Assembly (NCBI GenBank): GCA_964367145.1
Contig: CAYIWJ010000001.1
Location: 1-54,967 of the forward strand
Reading direction: 5' to 3'
Length of the DNA stretch: 54,967 nt
Source of the DNA: an uncultured Candidatus Saccharibacteria bacterium
GTDB lineage: Bacteria; Patescibacteriota; Minisyncoccia; UBA6257; 1-14-0-10-40-38
The notes below the pieces were generated by a model. The model was not told the DNA's origin. It made no database searches and saw nothing but the letters and a program-made list of their open reading frames with translations. The position numbers were made by a program, and so were the translations under genes. Shown here in pieces: positions 43,661 through 52,892 of this stretch (its first letter is position 1; every line of letters begins with the position of its first letter).

Positions 43661-45259
43661 ATGGCGTATAGTGAATATATGAACGGTTGGCTTAGTCCTC
43701 GGATTTTTTCACCAAAAGTAGTCGGCGTTTTTTTACTGCTTTTTATTTTGCCCTTGCTTGTGATATTGAGTGCAGACAAAGTGGCCGATCCCGACGCTCT
43801 CTATCACATCCGCCACGCGTGGGTCTATCGAACTCAAAGTCTCACCGATTCCGCTTTCCCTTGGGTTCAGTTTTCCGTAATCAAAACCGCTGGCGCTGAT
43901 CTTTGGTATGGCTTCCATATTTTGCTCACGCCATTTACTTACGGCAATAATCTCGGGCTTAACATAAAAATCGCCGGAGGTATTTTTGCCGGCCTCATGC
44001 TTTTTTCTTTTTATCATTTTCTCCGGCGACAAACCATCAAATGGCCGCTTGTCTGGACATTGATTCTCTACGTCTCTTCCGCCGACTTTTTTTTGCGCAA
44101 TAACAGCTCTCGTCCGCAGACGCTTTCTCTAGCCTTGCTTAGTTTGTTGATGTTGATTTTTAGCCTTCCCGAAAAGTCTAAAAATAAGTGGCGCCACCTC
44201 TTGGCGGTTTCCGCTATGGGTTTTGTCGCCACTTGGATTCACGCCGCGTTTTTTTGGATTTTTCTTCTTTTGGGTCTAATCTATGCCGCCTCCTCTTTTG
44301 TTGTAAAAAAAAGACTGCCGTTTGCCGAAATAGGCGCCTTGATTTTTGGGAATGCGGTTGGGATCGCCCTCCGCCCCAATCCATTGGCGGCGGCCAATCT
44401 GCTCTACACTCAACTGTTTCGTCTAGCCGTGGAAAAACAGCGAGTCTCGTTACTTCTCGGGCAAGATATTCTGCCACTCGATTTCGTGAGTTTTCTTCGC
44501 CAGCTAATCCCATTTGCGGTCTTGATCTTGGTTGCATTTTTTCTAGCTTGGAAATTAAGGAAGAAATCCGATTCCAAGCTATCGGACAATAAAAAGATCC
44601 TTCAATACACCTCCCTAGTCATGTTGGTTATTTTTAGTCTTCTTGCTCTAACCACGGCTCGTCGCGCCTCCGATATTGCCATCTTCTATGGTATCATCCT
44701 CGCCGCCCTTGTTATGGAAAAAGCTCTTGAATATTTTCGCCGCCCGCGCCTTTTTCTCGGAGTTCTTTTAGCCTTTCTTCTGATTACCGCCACTCGGCAC
44801 ATCTACACCCTTCGCGAACACTTACGCTCGTTTTCCGCGGTTCCGGTAAATCGATTTCAAGAAGTCGCGCTCTGGCTCAAAGCCAACACCGTCCCCAGGA
44901 CTATAGTTTTTCATCCGGTTTGGGATTCATTCCCTAGTCTTTTTTTCTGGAATCAAAACAATTATTACATTAACGGCATGGATCCGATTTTCACCTATGC
45001 GCTGAATCAGGAATTGTATTGGCAACAACACAACATCGCGATCGGCGGGAAGATGTACGCTTGCAAAACCCCGCCCCCTTGCGATCCGATCAAAAGCGTG
45101 GACATTATTCAAATTATTCAAAAAGACTTTCACTCCAACTATATTGCGCTGGATCTGGTTCGCAATTCCGGATTAGCGCGCAATCTAATTGTCGACCCAC
45201 GCGCTCGTCTTATGGTTAGAGGTGCTGACACCGCCTTATTTAAAATCGGTGGCGAATAA
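43661..45259 (+). CDS. polytopic membrane protein, GT-C-like glycosyltransferase candidate
   Basis: 532 aa with more than 10 TM segments. First extracytoplasmic loop has an acidic ADPDALYH motif, and the C-terminal domain is soluble. Neighbouring GT2 genes support a polyprenol-linked glycosylation role. Confidence 0.45.
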   Translation: MAYSEYMNGWLSPRIFSPKVVGVFLLLFILPLLVILSADKVADPDALYHIRHAWVYRTQSLTDSAFPWVQFSVIKTAGADLWYGFHILLTPFTYGNNLGLNIKIAGGIFAGLMLFSFYHFLRRQTIKWPLVWTLILYVSSADFFLRNNSSRPQTLSLALLSLLMLIFSLPEKSKNKWRHLLAVSAMGFVATWIHAAFFWIFLLLGLIYAASSFVVKKRLPFAEIGALIFGNAVGIALRPNPLAAANLLYTQLFRLAVEKQRVSLLLGQDILPLDFVSFLRQLIPFAVLILVAFFLAWKLRKKSDSKLSDNKKILQYTSLVMLVIFSLLALTTARRASDIAIFYGIILAALVMEKALEYFRRPRLFLGVLLAFLLITATRHIYTLREHLRSFSAVPVNRFQEVALWLKANTVPRTIVFHPVWDSFPSLFFWNQNNYYINGMDPIFTYALNQELYWQQHNIAIGGKMYACKTPPPCDPIKSVDIIQIIQKDFHSNYIALDLVRNSGLARNLIVDPRARLMVRGADTALFKIGGE

Positions 45260-45920
45260 CCGCCCAAATTCCACGGATGCCATCCCAAAATCGTATCTTC
45301 TTACCTTCGGCAAAAGTACGAGGCTTATAGCTAATGGGAATTTCTCTAATCGAAATTCCGGCCCGCGCGAGGCGCGCCGTAACTTCTTCGCAAAAATCAA
45401 AACCGGTGGCCGTAAGTTTTAACGCTAGCAAAGTTTCCCGAGAAAAAAGTTTATAACCGGTGTTAATGTCGGTTAGTTTTGTACCGTAAAGCAGGTTAAA
45501 AATTGAAGTAATCAGCTTGCCGCCCAAAAAATAAGCCCAATATCCTCTTTTGGTTCGGCCTAGGTTTCGCGAACCATAGACTGCTGGCAGATTTTCCCCC
45601 CGAGCTACCGTCAGAAGTTTTGGAATCTCTTGTGGATTATATTCCAAATCGGCGTCTTGAATGATTATATAATCGCCGGTCGCGCGTTTAAGCGCGGTAG
45701 AAATTGCAGCTCCCTTACCGAGGTTCTGGGCGTGGTAGAGCGTTTTATATTGATTCTCAAAATTTTTTACCATTCCAGTCGTCCCGTCATTGGATCCGTC
45801 ATCAATCAAGATGATTTCCTTTTCCGCGTCGGGAATGACTATGGCGTCTAATGATTTTAAGAGCGCATCAATGGTTTCCTGTTCGTTGTATATCGGAACG
45901 ATAATCGAGAGCTTAGTCAT
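45240..45920 (-). CDS. family 2 glycosyltransferase
   Basis: LSIIVPIYNEQETI, LIDDGSNDGT, IIIQDADLEY (DxD). Convergent 20-nt overlap with the previous gene. Confidence 0.88.
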   Translation of the reverse strand: MTKLSIIVPIYNEQETIDALLKSLDAIVIPDAEKEIILIDDGSNDGTTGMVKNFENQYKTLYHAQNLGKGAAISTALKRATGDYIIIQDADLEYNPQEIPKLLTVARGENLPAVYGSRNLGRTKRGYWAYFLGGKLITSIFNLLYGTKLTDINTGYKLFSRETLLALKLTATGFDFCEEVTARLARAGISIREIPISYKPRTFAEGKKIRFWDGIRGIWAVIRHRF

Positions 45921-45923
45921 ATA

Positions 45924-47222
45924 TCAAAGTTTTGAAATGTCGCGCGGCATAAACAACCCCAAAGTCCATTCGAGAGCGGTTCGGAATTTAGCCCGCCATC
46001 CAAAGAGTTTAAACAAGTAGGCGGTGCGGTACACAAACCAGGCCAGCGGCCCCGACCATCGTATGCCAAAGACTCGCGCCAAGGCCCTGCCATATCCAAG
46101 CGAAAGAATAAAACCACTATCTCGCCAAGCAAAGGAGCGAAGTGATTCTTTCTGTAAAAGGCTGGAGATGTTCTTTGCCGCGATAACTCCCTCCCGCACG
46201 GCAAACTGCGCCCGCATCGGATATGGCGCTTGATTTACAACGTCGCAAATCAAGGCTTGGTCGCCAGCCAAGAAGACTTGGGGATATTCTGGTAGTTGCA
46301 GATATTGATTAACCGCGATTCTTTCCGTAACCGGTTCATGTTTGATTTCATTCGCGCTAAGCATATCAAGATGGCGCGCCTTAACTCCGGCAGTCCAAAT
46401 CGTAGTTTGAGATTGAAAAACTCCGGAATCCAAAACAACTTCATCGGGGCGCACTTCCAATACCTTGGTATTAAGCCGCACCTCAACTCCAATTTTTGCC
46501 AAAATTGCCGCCGCCCTTGTGGCGAACCAAGATTCAACTTGAGGTACCAAACGTGATCCAGCGTGAATTAGCGTGATGCGCGCTTGAGGTGTTGAAGTGG
46601 GAAAATTACTACTGGCGCTTTTGATTAAATCCGCCAATTCCGCCGCCAACTCAACTCCGGTTGGACCGCCACCAACTACGGCAAAAGAAAGCAATCTCTT
46701 TTGTTCCGAAGCATCGTGCGTCGCCTCGGCTTGGTTTAGAGAATTAATGACTCGCGCCTTAATCGCCAAAGCGTCGGCCAGATTTCTAAGTCTAAAACTA
46801 TATTCTTCCGCCCCGGGAGTCTTAAAAAAGTTAGTATCCGAACCCAAAGCCAAAAGTAGGTAATCATAAGAGATTGATTCAAGTTCAGCCTTCGCGGGTG
46901 AGTCGCCAGTTTTAATAAAAATCTCTTGGTTGATCAGATCAACCTTCTTCGCGGTACCTTCTATGAATCTCGAGATGCAACAGCGGGGGAGCGACCGCAG
47001 TGCTTGAGTCACATTGGTCGCGAGTAGTCCTCCGGTCGCGACCTCGTGGATCATCGGTGTAAAAAGAAAATAATCTTTTTCACTGACTAAAAAAACTTCC
47101 ACGTCCTTTGCTCCGTGGAGTTGGCGGTGAAGTTCCAGGTAACCGTTTATTCCGGCAAAACCGCCGCCCACGATTACGATGCGTTTTTTTGTTTTTAGAT
47201 CGCGCATCTTTTTGCTTATCAT
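45924..47222 (-). CDS. ndh: type II NADH dehydrogenase-like FAD/NAD(P)-dependent oxidoreductase
   Basis: Two dinucleotide folds (RIVIVGGGFAGI and FAVVGGGPTGVELAAELA). Start placed at MISKKM (47222). The upstream ORF extension would overlap the preceding gene. Confidence 0.85.
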   Translation of the reverse strand: MISKKMRDLKTKKRIVIVGGGFAGINGYLELHRQLHGAKDVEVFLVSEKDYFLFTPMIHEVATGGLLATNVTQALRSLPRCCISRFIEGTAKKVDLINQEIFIKTGDSPAKAELESISYDYLLLALGSDTNFFKTPGAEEYSFRLRNLADALAIKARVINSLNQAEATHDASEQKRLLSFAVVGGGPTGVELAAELADLIKSASSNFPTSTPQARITLIHAGSRLVPQVESWFATRAAAILAKIGVEVRLNTKVLEVRPDEVVLDSGVFQSQTTIWTAGVKARHLDMLSANEIKHEPVTERIAVNQYLQLPEYPQVFLAGDQALICDVVNQAPYPMRAQFAVREGVIAAKNISSLLQKESLRSFAWRDSGFILSLGYGRALARVFGIRWSGPLAWFVYRTAYLFKLFGWRAKFRTALEWTLGLFMPRDISKL

Positions 47223-47281
47223 ACTGTGCTTTGCCCGCGATTCAAAACACCGAAGAAAACACCAGAATAAATAAAACCGAT

Positions 47282-48865
47282 TTAAGGCTTCGTAACTTTT
47301 TCGGAAGAAATCAAAATTTGATCGCCGTCTTTTAATCCCGAAACAACTTCCCAAACTCCATCAGTGCCGCGTAAACCGATACTCACCGGAACTTCCACCA
47401 AGGCGGCGCGTTGCAGAAGATTTACAAAAAACTCCTTATCTCGCTCATGAATGGCATAGCGAGGAATGCCTAAAACATTGACCTTGCTCGCCGTAATAAT
47501 GCTCAAATTCGCCGTTAGCCCGCTCTTCAATCGAGAATCTTCGGCTGGTATGTTTCGCAGAGCGATCGTCACCTTAAAGTTGACCACACCATCAATAATT
47601 TTTTCCGCCGGATCAACGGCGATAACGGTACCGTCAAAAGATTCCTCGGGCAACGCCTCAAAAACAACCCGAACTAGATTCTGTAGGGCAATTTTCCCCA
47701 CACTGATTTCCGGAACAAAAGCTTCAATTTTTAAGGTTTTTGGCGAGATTAAAGAAACTACCGGAATATTGGGCGAGATGATTTGTCCTTTTTTAGCCTC
47801 TTGTACCGTAACGATGCCAGAAAACGGAGCGACCAGCGTCATCTTAGCCAATTGGGCGCGGATCAGATTAGCTTGAGATCGCGCTTCAAGTACTCGCGCC
47901 GCCTCGGCTTCAATTTTTTCGGGGGCAGATCCAGCAAGCGCCAGCAAAAGTCGATTTTTTTCAATCGTCAGCGTCGTTTCCGCGGAGCGCAACTTTTCCT
48001 CGGTTGAAGATAATGTGTTAAGCGAGATTGTTATGGCGCTCCTGGCGCTGGCCACATCAGCGCGCCAACTATCAAGTGTAGTTTGTGAAACATTACTGCC
48101 GCCGATGGCGCCATTAATCGCTGTCGCGGCTTGATCAAGAAACGAGGCAATCGCGGCGACTTGGACTTTAGCTGAATCAAGTGTCGCCACAACATCACTC
48201 GCCGAATCAAGAGATGCTATTTCCATTTGCCAAGACGAGAAAAGCTGTTCCAGCGAAGCCCGCTTTGTCTCCAAGTCGGTTTTAGCTTGAGGATTATTTA
48301 GGGTCAGTACTACTTGCGGATTATTGCTTCGCGGATTGCTAAAAAAACGATCAGCCTTGTTGTGAACCGCATCGTCGGCAGTCGTGTAGGCATTGCTAAC
48401 TTCATTAAAGGCCTTTTGCTGGGCATCTTTGAGTGAAGTTTCGGCGCGAGCCACCGTGGCCTCTTGAACCGCCAATTCTTCGGGTCGGGTTCCACGTTCT
48501 AATTCGCGCAGTATCGCTTCATGATTCGCCACTCGAGCCAAAGCCTCATCAAGCTGGGCGCGCGCCTCGCGGGTGTCAAGGCGAACCAAAGGAGCTCCCT
48601 CGGCTACTCGATCGCCAACATTCGCCAAGATTTCATTAACCGTGCCGCCCCGCTCAAAAGCCAAATCCACTTTTTCCAAAGGCGTGGCTTTTCCGGTTAC
48701 GGTTATGTTTTGGTTTATGGTCTGATAACTGACCCGTATCGGCAATTGCGCTCCGGATTTATTACCCGAAGAAAACAAAATAATCAAAATCAAGATTATT
48801 CCCAGTAAAACCGCCACTCCCCAAGGGCGCTTAAAAAACCGCGCTAAATTCTTTAATTGATCCAT
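47282..48865 (-). CDS. HlyD/membrane-fusion-protein family efflux adaptor
   Basis: N-terminal TM, lipoyl-like half (VDLAFERGGTVNEILANVGDRVAEGAPLVRLD), long coiled coil, second lipoyl half (LVAPFSGIVT) and beta-barrel domain. Confidence 0.85.
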   Translation of the reverse strand: MDQLKNLARFFKRPWGVAVLLGIILILIILFSSGNKSGAQLPIRVSYQTINQNITVTGKATPLEKVDLAFERGGTVNEILANVGDRVAEGAPLVRLDTREARAQLDEALARVANHEAILRELERGTRPEELAVQEATVARAETSLKDAQQKAFNEVSNAYTTADDAVHNKADRFFSNPRSNNPQVVLTLNNPQAKTDLETKRASLEQLFSSWQMEIASLDSASDVVATLDSAKVQVAAIASFLDQAATAINGAIGGSNVSQTTLDSWRADVASARSAITISLNTLSSTEEKLRSAETTLTIEKNRLLLALAGSAPEKIEAEAARVLEARSQANLIRAQLAKMTLVAPFSGIVTVQEAKKGQIISPNIPVVSLISPKTLKIEAFVPEISVGKIALQNLVRVVFEALPEESFDGTVIAVDPAEKIIDGVVNFKVTIALRNIPAEDSRLKSGLTANLSIITASKVNVLGIPRYAIHERDKEFFVNLLQRAALVEVPVSIGLRGTDGVWEVVSGLKDGDQILISSEKVTKP

Positions 48866-48954
48866 GGCTAAATTAAGTTCTAAGAAAATAACAGATAACA
48901 AGGAAAAAAGCAAGTCTAAGGGCTAATCTCTCCATTTCTTTGTTGACTCTCCAA

Positions 48955-48983
48955 TAAAAAACCCGCATTTTTTCTGCGGGTTA
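48955..48983 (-). terminator. rho-independent terminator of the gam-like gene
   Basis: AACCCGCA (48960-48967) pairs with TGCGGGTT (48975-48982). On the minus strand it is followed by TTTTTTATT. Confidence 0.8.
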
Positions 48984-48989
48984 CTCAAA

Positions 48990-49559
48990 CTATTCTTCCT
49001 TGTCGGCATCCTTCTTGGCCTTCATGAACTTCTGTTTTTGCGGATCAATGCAAACTTCCGCTTCGTTGGTTTTCACAAAAAAGAGTTCCACGCCGGTCTT
49101 GATGGTTACGCCCTGAACGCTCTCCGCGAGTTCGGGGTTGGCAAGCATTGCGGCCTTGTTGACCTCAACCTTGCGGCGCAAGAAATCTTCCAGCTTTCGT
49201 CTTTCGCAAATTCCAATTACCTGCTCAACGTCTTTCAGTGAAACCGAGGGCGGATTGGTTCGCCAGCCAAAAGTTCCCGCCGGAATCTTGATGCTCTTTT
49301 CGTCCTTGACCAAGTCAGCGCGATTGCGTTCGGCGAATTCAGCCACCGAGAGAGAATCAAGAAGCATGTCCGCGTTGAATGGCTCTGCTTTTTCAACTGC
49401 CGCGGCTTGAAGCTTGGCGATCTCCTCATCAAGCTCAATGCGGATCGTGTCTAAAGCTCTCTGACTCGCGGCTATTTTTTCCAGTAAGGTGTTCGCCTCG
49501 TCGAGATTCTCAATCAGCGGGATTTTAATCCGCTTCGCTTCTGCTTTTTTTGGTGCCAC
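48990..49559 (-). CDS. gam: phage Mu Gam-like host-nuclease inhibitor (Ku-like DNA-end-binding) protein
   Basis: 189 aa, GTG start with AGGAG 6 nt upstream. Collinear with remembered Mu Gam features: N-terminal AKRIK, coiled region, NRADL, KSIK.P.GTFGWR.NPPSVS, EDFLRRK.EVNKAAML, GV.I..G.E.F. Confidence 0.85.
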   Translation of the reverse strand: MAPKKAEAKRIKIPLIENLDEANTLLEKIAASQRALDTIRIELDEEIAKLQAAAVEKAEPFNADMLLDSLSVAEFAERNRADLVKDEKSIKIPAGTFGWRTNPPSVSLKDVEQVIGICERRKLEDFLRRKVEVNKAAMLANPELAESVQGVTIKTGVELFFVKTNEAEVCIDPQKQKFMKAKKDADKEE

Positions 49560-49623
49560 CGAAAACTCCTGCTACATAGAAAGAACTTTCAGACTTGTCA
49601 GCGAAATGCCGACAGTCAAAAGA

Positions 49624-49653
49624 AATATAGTCTTTTTATCCGATATATGTCAA
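49624..49653 (-). promoter_or_regulatory. sigma70-type promoter TTGACA-18 nt-TATATT for the gam-like gene
   Basis: On the minus strand, -35 is at 49653-49648 and -10 at 49629-49624. Predicted 5' UTR is ~58 nt. Confidence 0.6.
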
Positions 49654-49664
49654 TAAGGAAAGTG

Positions 49665-50387
49665 TCAGCGAGAAGTTTTATCGGAGCGCAATTTTATGAC
49701 CCGCCAAAACGCCTCCAAGACTATTCCCAGACGAAACTTTGATCCGCCTCGCGCCCGCTCGGTAAAAATTATCGGAACTTCACCGACAGAAAAACCGGCG
49801 CGATGGCTTTTATAAACAGTCTCAATTTGGAAATTATATCCCAGCGAATCCAAAGGATGTGAAATCAGATTTTCCACAACCTCGCGCCGATAACACTTGA
49901 AGCCGCTCGTAAGATCACGGTAAGGCAAGTCAAGAACCAACCTCGCGTACCAGTTGCCGAAACGGCTGACTAATCGGCGAAAAAAATTCCAATGGCGAAT
50001 ACTCCCGCCCAAAACATATCGCGAGCCGATGACCACGTCATAATTTTGCGCCGCCGCAACCAGCTTCGGAATAGAATTTGGGTCATGCGACAAATCGGCA
50101 TCCATTTCCACGATCAAGGCTTTTTCTTCCGGCTTAAGTACGGAAAGTACATAACCAAATCCGTGAACATAGGCCGGTCCCAGCCCTTGCTTATTGGGTC
50201 GCCGCAATACCGTTATTGGGAAATCAGAATTCAATCCTTCGGCAACCCCCGCGGTGCAATCCGGAGAATTATCATCAACCACGATGAGTGATAACTCTGG
50301 TAAGCGCAAAGCAAAAATTTTTCTAGTCAGCTCGGCGATATTTTCCCGCTCGTTGTAGGTCGGGGTAACGACAAAAATTTTTGGCAT
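49665..50387 (-). CDS. family 2 glycosyltransferase, polyprenol-phosphate mannose synthase-like
   Basis: IFVVTPTYNEREN, LIVVDDNSPDCT, VEMDADLSHDP (Dpm1-type DAD). Start placed at MPKIF (50387). Confidence 0.88.
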   Translation of the reverse strand: MPKIFVVTPTYNERENIAELTRKIFALRLPELSLIVVDDNSPDCTAGVAEGLNSDFPITVLRRPNKQGLGPAYVHGFGYVLSVLKPEEKALIVEMDADLSHDPNSIPKLVAAAQNYDVVIGSRYVLGGSIRHWNFFRRLVSRFGNWYARLVLDLPYRDLTSGFKCYRREVVENLISHPLDSLGYNFQIETVYKSHRAGFSVGEVPIIFTERARGGSKFRLGIVLEAFWRVIKLRSDKTSR

Positions 50388-50397
50388 ACGGAAAGTC

Positions 50398-51516
50398 TTA
50401 GCCGAATGTAAAGGTAAATGCCCTAAGGCCAGGACTCTCAATGATTATTTCCAAAGTGTGCTCGCCGTAATCGTCGCCCTTGATCAATTTATAAAGACGC
50501 TCGGCTTGAATAGTTGCCCGGCTGTCGCTTTGATTAACATCCTCACCGGCTAAATTTCCCAGTGGCTGACCGTCGCGTAAAACTCGAATCGAAAGGGGAT
50601 TTTTGGAGCTGGCCACAAAATAAACATCTTTCGCCTGGTAGCGAAAAACAATTCTCCCCAACGTTTTATTCTCGGCATTCTCACCGGCAAAATCCCAAGT
50701 TCCGTCAAGATAAAGGATGTTGGTTTTGATACCCGTTGGCAACGAAAGTGTTTGCGCGCCGAACCATTCCGATTTTCCATTGCCCAAATAGGTATTTCTC
50801 GCCGACCCAAAATAAATTTCGGGGCTTTGAACTTTTGCCGCGTCAGTTTCCAGGATATTTTTCGGTGCCACCAGTTCCGCCGGTGCCGTAAATTGTGTTT
50901 TTAATCTTTCGGCGCGTTCCGCGAGCAGTTCTTGGATCTTCTTTTCGGTTTCGTCGTAGGCCCCCTCGCCGATGTGGTCGTAGACTATAAAGCCATCAAT
51001 ATCAATCAGATACTTCCTCGGCCAATAACGATTTCCGTAAGCCGTCCAGGTTTCATAGCGATTGTCCAAAAGTACCGGATATTGAATCCCGTATTTTTTC
51101 ACCGCTTGAGTTACGTTATTTAATTCTTGCTCAAACTTAAATTCCGGCGTATGAACTCCCACTATTTCCAAACCCTGATCTTTATATTTTTCATACCAGG
51201 CATTCAAATAGGGCAGTGTTCGTTGGCAATTGATGCAACTATAAGTCCAAAAATCCACCAAAATAACTTTCTTGCCGACGAGGTCAGCAAGTTTAAGTCC
51301 TGTAGTATTGATAAATCCCTGTGGGTTAACAATCTCATGGACTCGCCCGTAACGACTGGCTTTTTCCTTAGTGGTCATATTCTCAACCAAGGGCTTGATT
51401 GTAGTATCAGTCGGCGCATCCGCTTGGCTAGTCGGCGCAATTTTAGTTGACTGCAGATAAAAAATAGAGCCACCGATAAGAAGCAACGCCGCGATTAAAA
51501 TAAAATTGCGCGCCAT
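50398..51516 (-). CDS. membrane-anchored thioredoxin-like (TlpA/DipZ C-terminal type) protein
   Basis: N-terminal TM. Redoxin domain with FWTYSCINCQ (CxxC). A ~170-aa beta-rich C-terminal domain resembles that of DipZ-type proteins. Confidence 0.85.
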   Translation of the reverse strand: MARNFILIAALLLIGGSIFYLQSTKIAPTSQADAPTDTTIKPLVENMTTKEKASRYGRVHEIVNPQGFINTTGLKLADLVGKKVILVDFWTYSCINCQRTLPYLNAWYEKYKDQGLEIVGVHTPEFKFEQELNNVTQAVKKYGIQYPVLLDNRYETWTAYGNRYWPRKYLIDIDGFIVYDHIGEGAYDETEKKIQELLAERAERLKTQFTAPAELVAPKNILETDAAKVQSPEIYFGSARNTYLGNGKSEWFGAQTLSLPTGIKTNILYLDGTWDFAGENAENKTLGRIVFRYQAKDVYFVASSKNPLSIRVLRDGQPLGNLAGEDVNQSDSRATIQAERLYKLIKGDDYGEHTLEIIIESPGLRAFTFTFG

Positions 51517-51519
51517 AGA

Positions 51520-52230
51520 TTAGCGAAGTAAAAACTTGTTCAAGAGCTCAAAATTAGCGATTCGGTTTAAATTTTGAGTAAATACCAAAACGCCAAGGAT
51601 AATCAACAGAATGCCAAAAATTACGCTTGCCACATGAAGCGTCTTTCCGTAGCGCGCGATTATTCCCGAAGCACGATCGGCAAAAAAACCGATTACCAGA
51701 AAAGGGACTCCCAGCCCCAGGGCATACATCAAAAGTAGATACAGGGCCGTGCTCGGCTGACTTGCCGCTAGTCCCAAGATTGCTCCCAACGCCGCGCCGA
51801 CGCAGGGAGTCCAACCGGCGGCGAAGGCCGCGCCGAAAAGAGTTGAGGTCACCAAGCGTGATTTAAAACGCGAAGTCACGGCGATCTGGTGTTGACGCTC
51901 CAAAAAACCGATTTTCAAAAGTCCCGTTAGATACAATCCAAAAAAGATGATAATCGCGCCGCCGATTCTAGAAAGCCAGATTTGAGCGTCATAAGCCACG
52001 GATTCCAAGATGGTATTAAGCGCCACGCCGAGTAAGGCAAATACACCGGCAAATCCAAGCACAAAAAATAAACTGTTTAAAAAAATTGACCAGCGCTTGG
52101 ATCCGGCGTCTTTAGTAGACGCTCCGGCCAGATAAGCCAAAAATCCGGGAATAATTGGCAAAACACAGGGCGACAAAAAAGAAACGACTCCCGCAGTAAA
52201 AGCTATATAGAAGTTGATACTCCCATCCAT
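51520..52230 (-). CDS. ccdA: CcdA/DsbD-family thiol:disulfide electron-transfer membrane protein
   Basis: Six TM segments with the two conserved Cys motifs FLSPCVLPIIPGF and GWTPCVGAALG. Confidence 0.9.
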   Translation of the reverse strand: MDGSINFYIAFTAGVVSFLSPCVLPIIPGFLAYLAGASTKDAGSKRWSIFLNSLFFVLGFAGVFALLGVALNTILESVAYDAQIWLSRIGGAIIIFFGLYLTGLLKIGFLERQHQIAVTSRFKSRLVTSTLFGAAFAAGWTPCVGAALGAILGLAASQPSTALYLLLMYALGLGVPFLVIGFFADRASGIIARYGKTLHVASVIFGILLIILGVLVFTQNLNRIANFELLNKFLLR

Positions 52231-52260
52231 TCAACGATTATATCACAAAAAACCTCTTTA

Positions 52261-52872
52261 CTACTCCTTATTATTCTCCGACCGGTTGCGATAAAATTTG
52301 CGGTGAGCCACAACACTCATCCAAACACCAAGCGCTATCAGAAACGCCACAAACAGAGCGTGTCGCACGACTCGTAGTTCACTCAAAAGAAGCGCTAGTT
52401 GGCTCCCAAAATGATAGCCAAAAAAAATCAAAATCGGAGCGTAGATCAAGACCGCCAAGGCGTCATACCAAATAAATTTTCGCCAAGAAACACCAAGCGA
52501 CGCGGCCATTATGGGGCTCAAAAAACGCAGAGTTGGCACAAAGCGCAGGCCAAACACATATCGCCCCAAGTGATTTTTAGCTCTAGATTCATAGCGCTCA
52601 AGTCGCGTCGGACTTATTTTATTCTTAAAACGCTCAATAAATCTGGCTCCGTGCAAGCTCAAAAAGAAGATGATCCCGTCTCCCATAAGCAAACCAAGAA
52701 TACTGGCTAGAGTCATTAAGTGTGGATTACCAATCCCAAGCGAAGCCAGATACCCGATAGAAATCAACATAACCTCCTCGGGAATAGGGATCAAATAGCC
52801 GGTCAAAGTCACTCCGGTCAAAACAATCAGATATAACAGCCAGGCATTGGCAAAAAAGAAAGAAGCGTTCAT
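52261..52872 (-). CDS. DedA-family (SNARE-associated) membrane protein
   Basis: 203 aa. IPIPEE..L...G pattern, GR.V..LRF.P.LR. motif, about 5 TM segments. Confidence 0.8.
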   Translation of the reverse strand: MNASFFFANAWLLYLIVLTGVTLTGYLIPIPEEVMLISIGYLASLGIGNPHLMTLASILGLLMGDGIIFFLSLHGARFIERFKNKISPTRLERYESRAKNHLGRYVFGLRFVPTLRFLSPIMAASLGVSWRKFIWYDALAVLIYAPILIFFGYHFGSQLALLLSELRVVRHALFVAFLIALGVWMSVVAHRKFYRNRSENNKE

Positions 52873-52892
52873 CTAAATCTTATTTAGAGCGA

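Noticed and set aside
47223-47354. N-terminal extension of the NDH-2 ORF (start at 47354) and the 95-aa ORF 45917-46204
   Set aside because: The extension would overlap the end of the HlyD-type gene by 73 nt and precedes the Rossmann fold without any function. The internal MISKKM start fits. The 95-aa ORF is an out-of-frame overlap.
15061-49140. Using G+C content alone to delimit foreign DNA
   Set aside because: Spot counts do not separate the classes. A Gly-rich stretch of host ftsZ (15061-15120) has 36/60 G+C, the same as gam (49081-49140, 36/60). Cassette gene P2 (28441-28500) has only 26/60. SD presence and codon choice are the more reliable discriminators.
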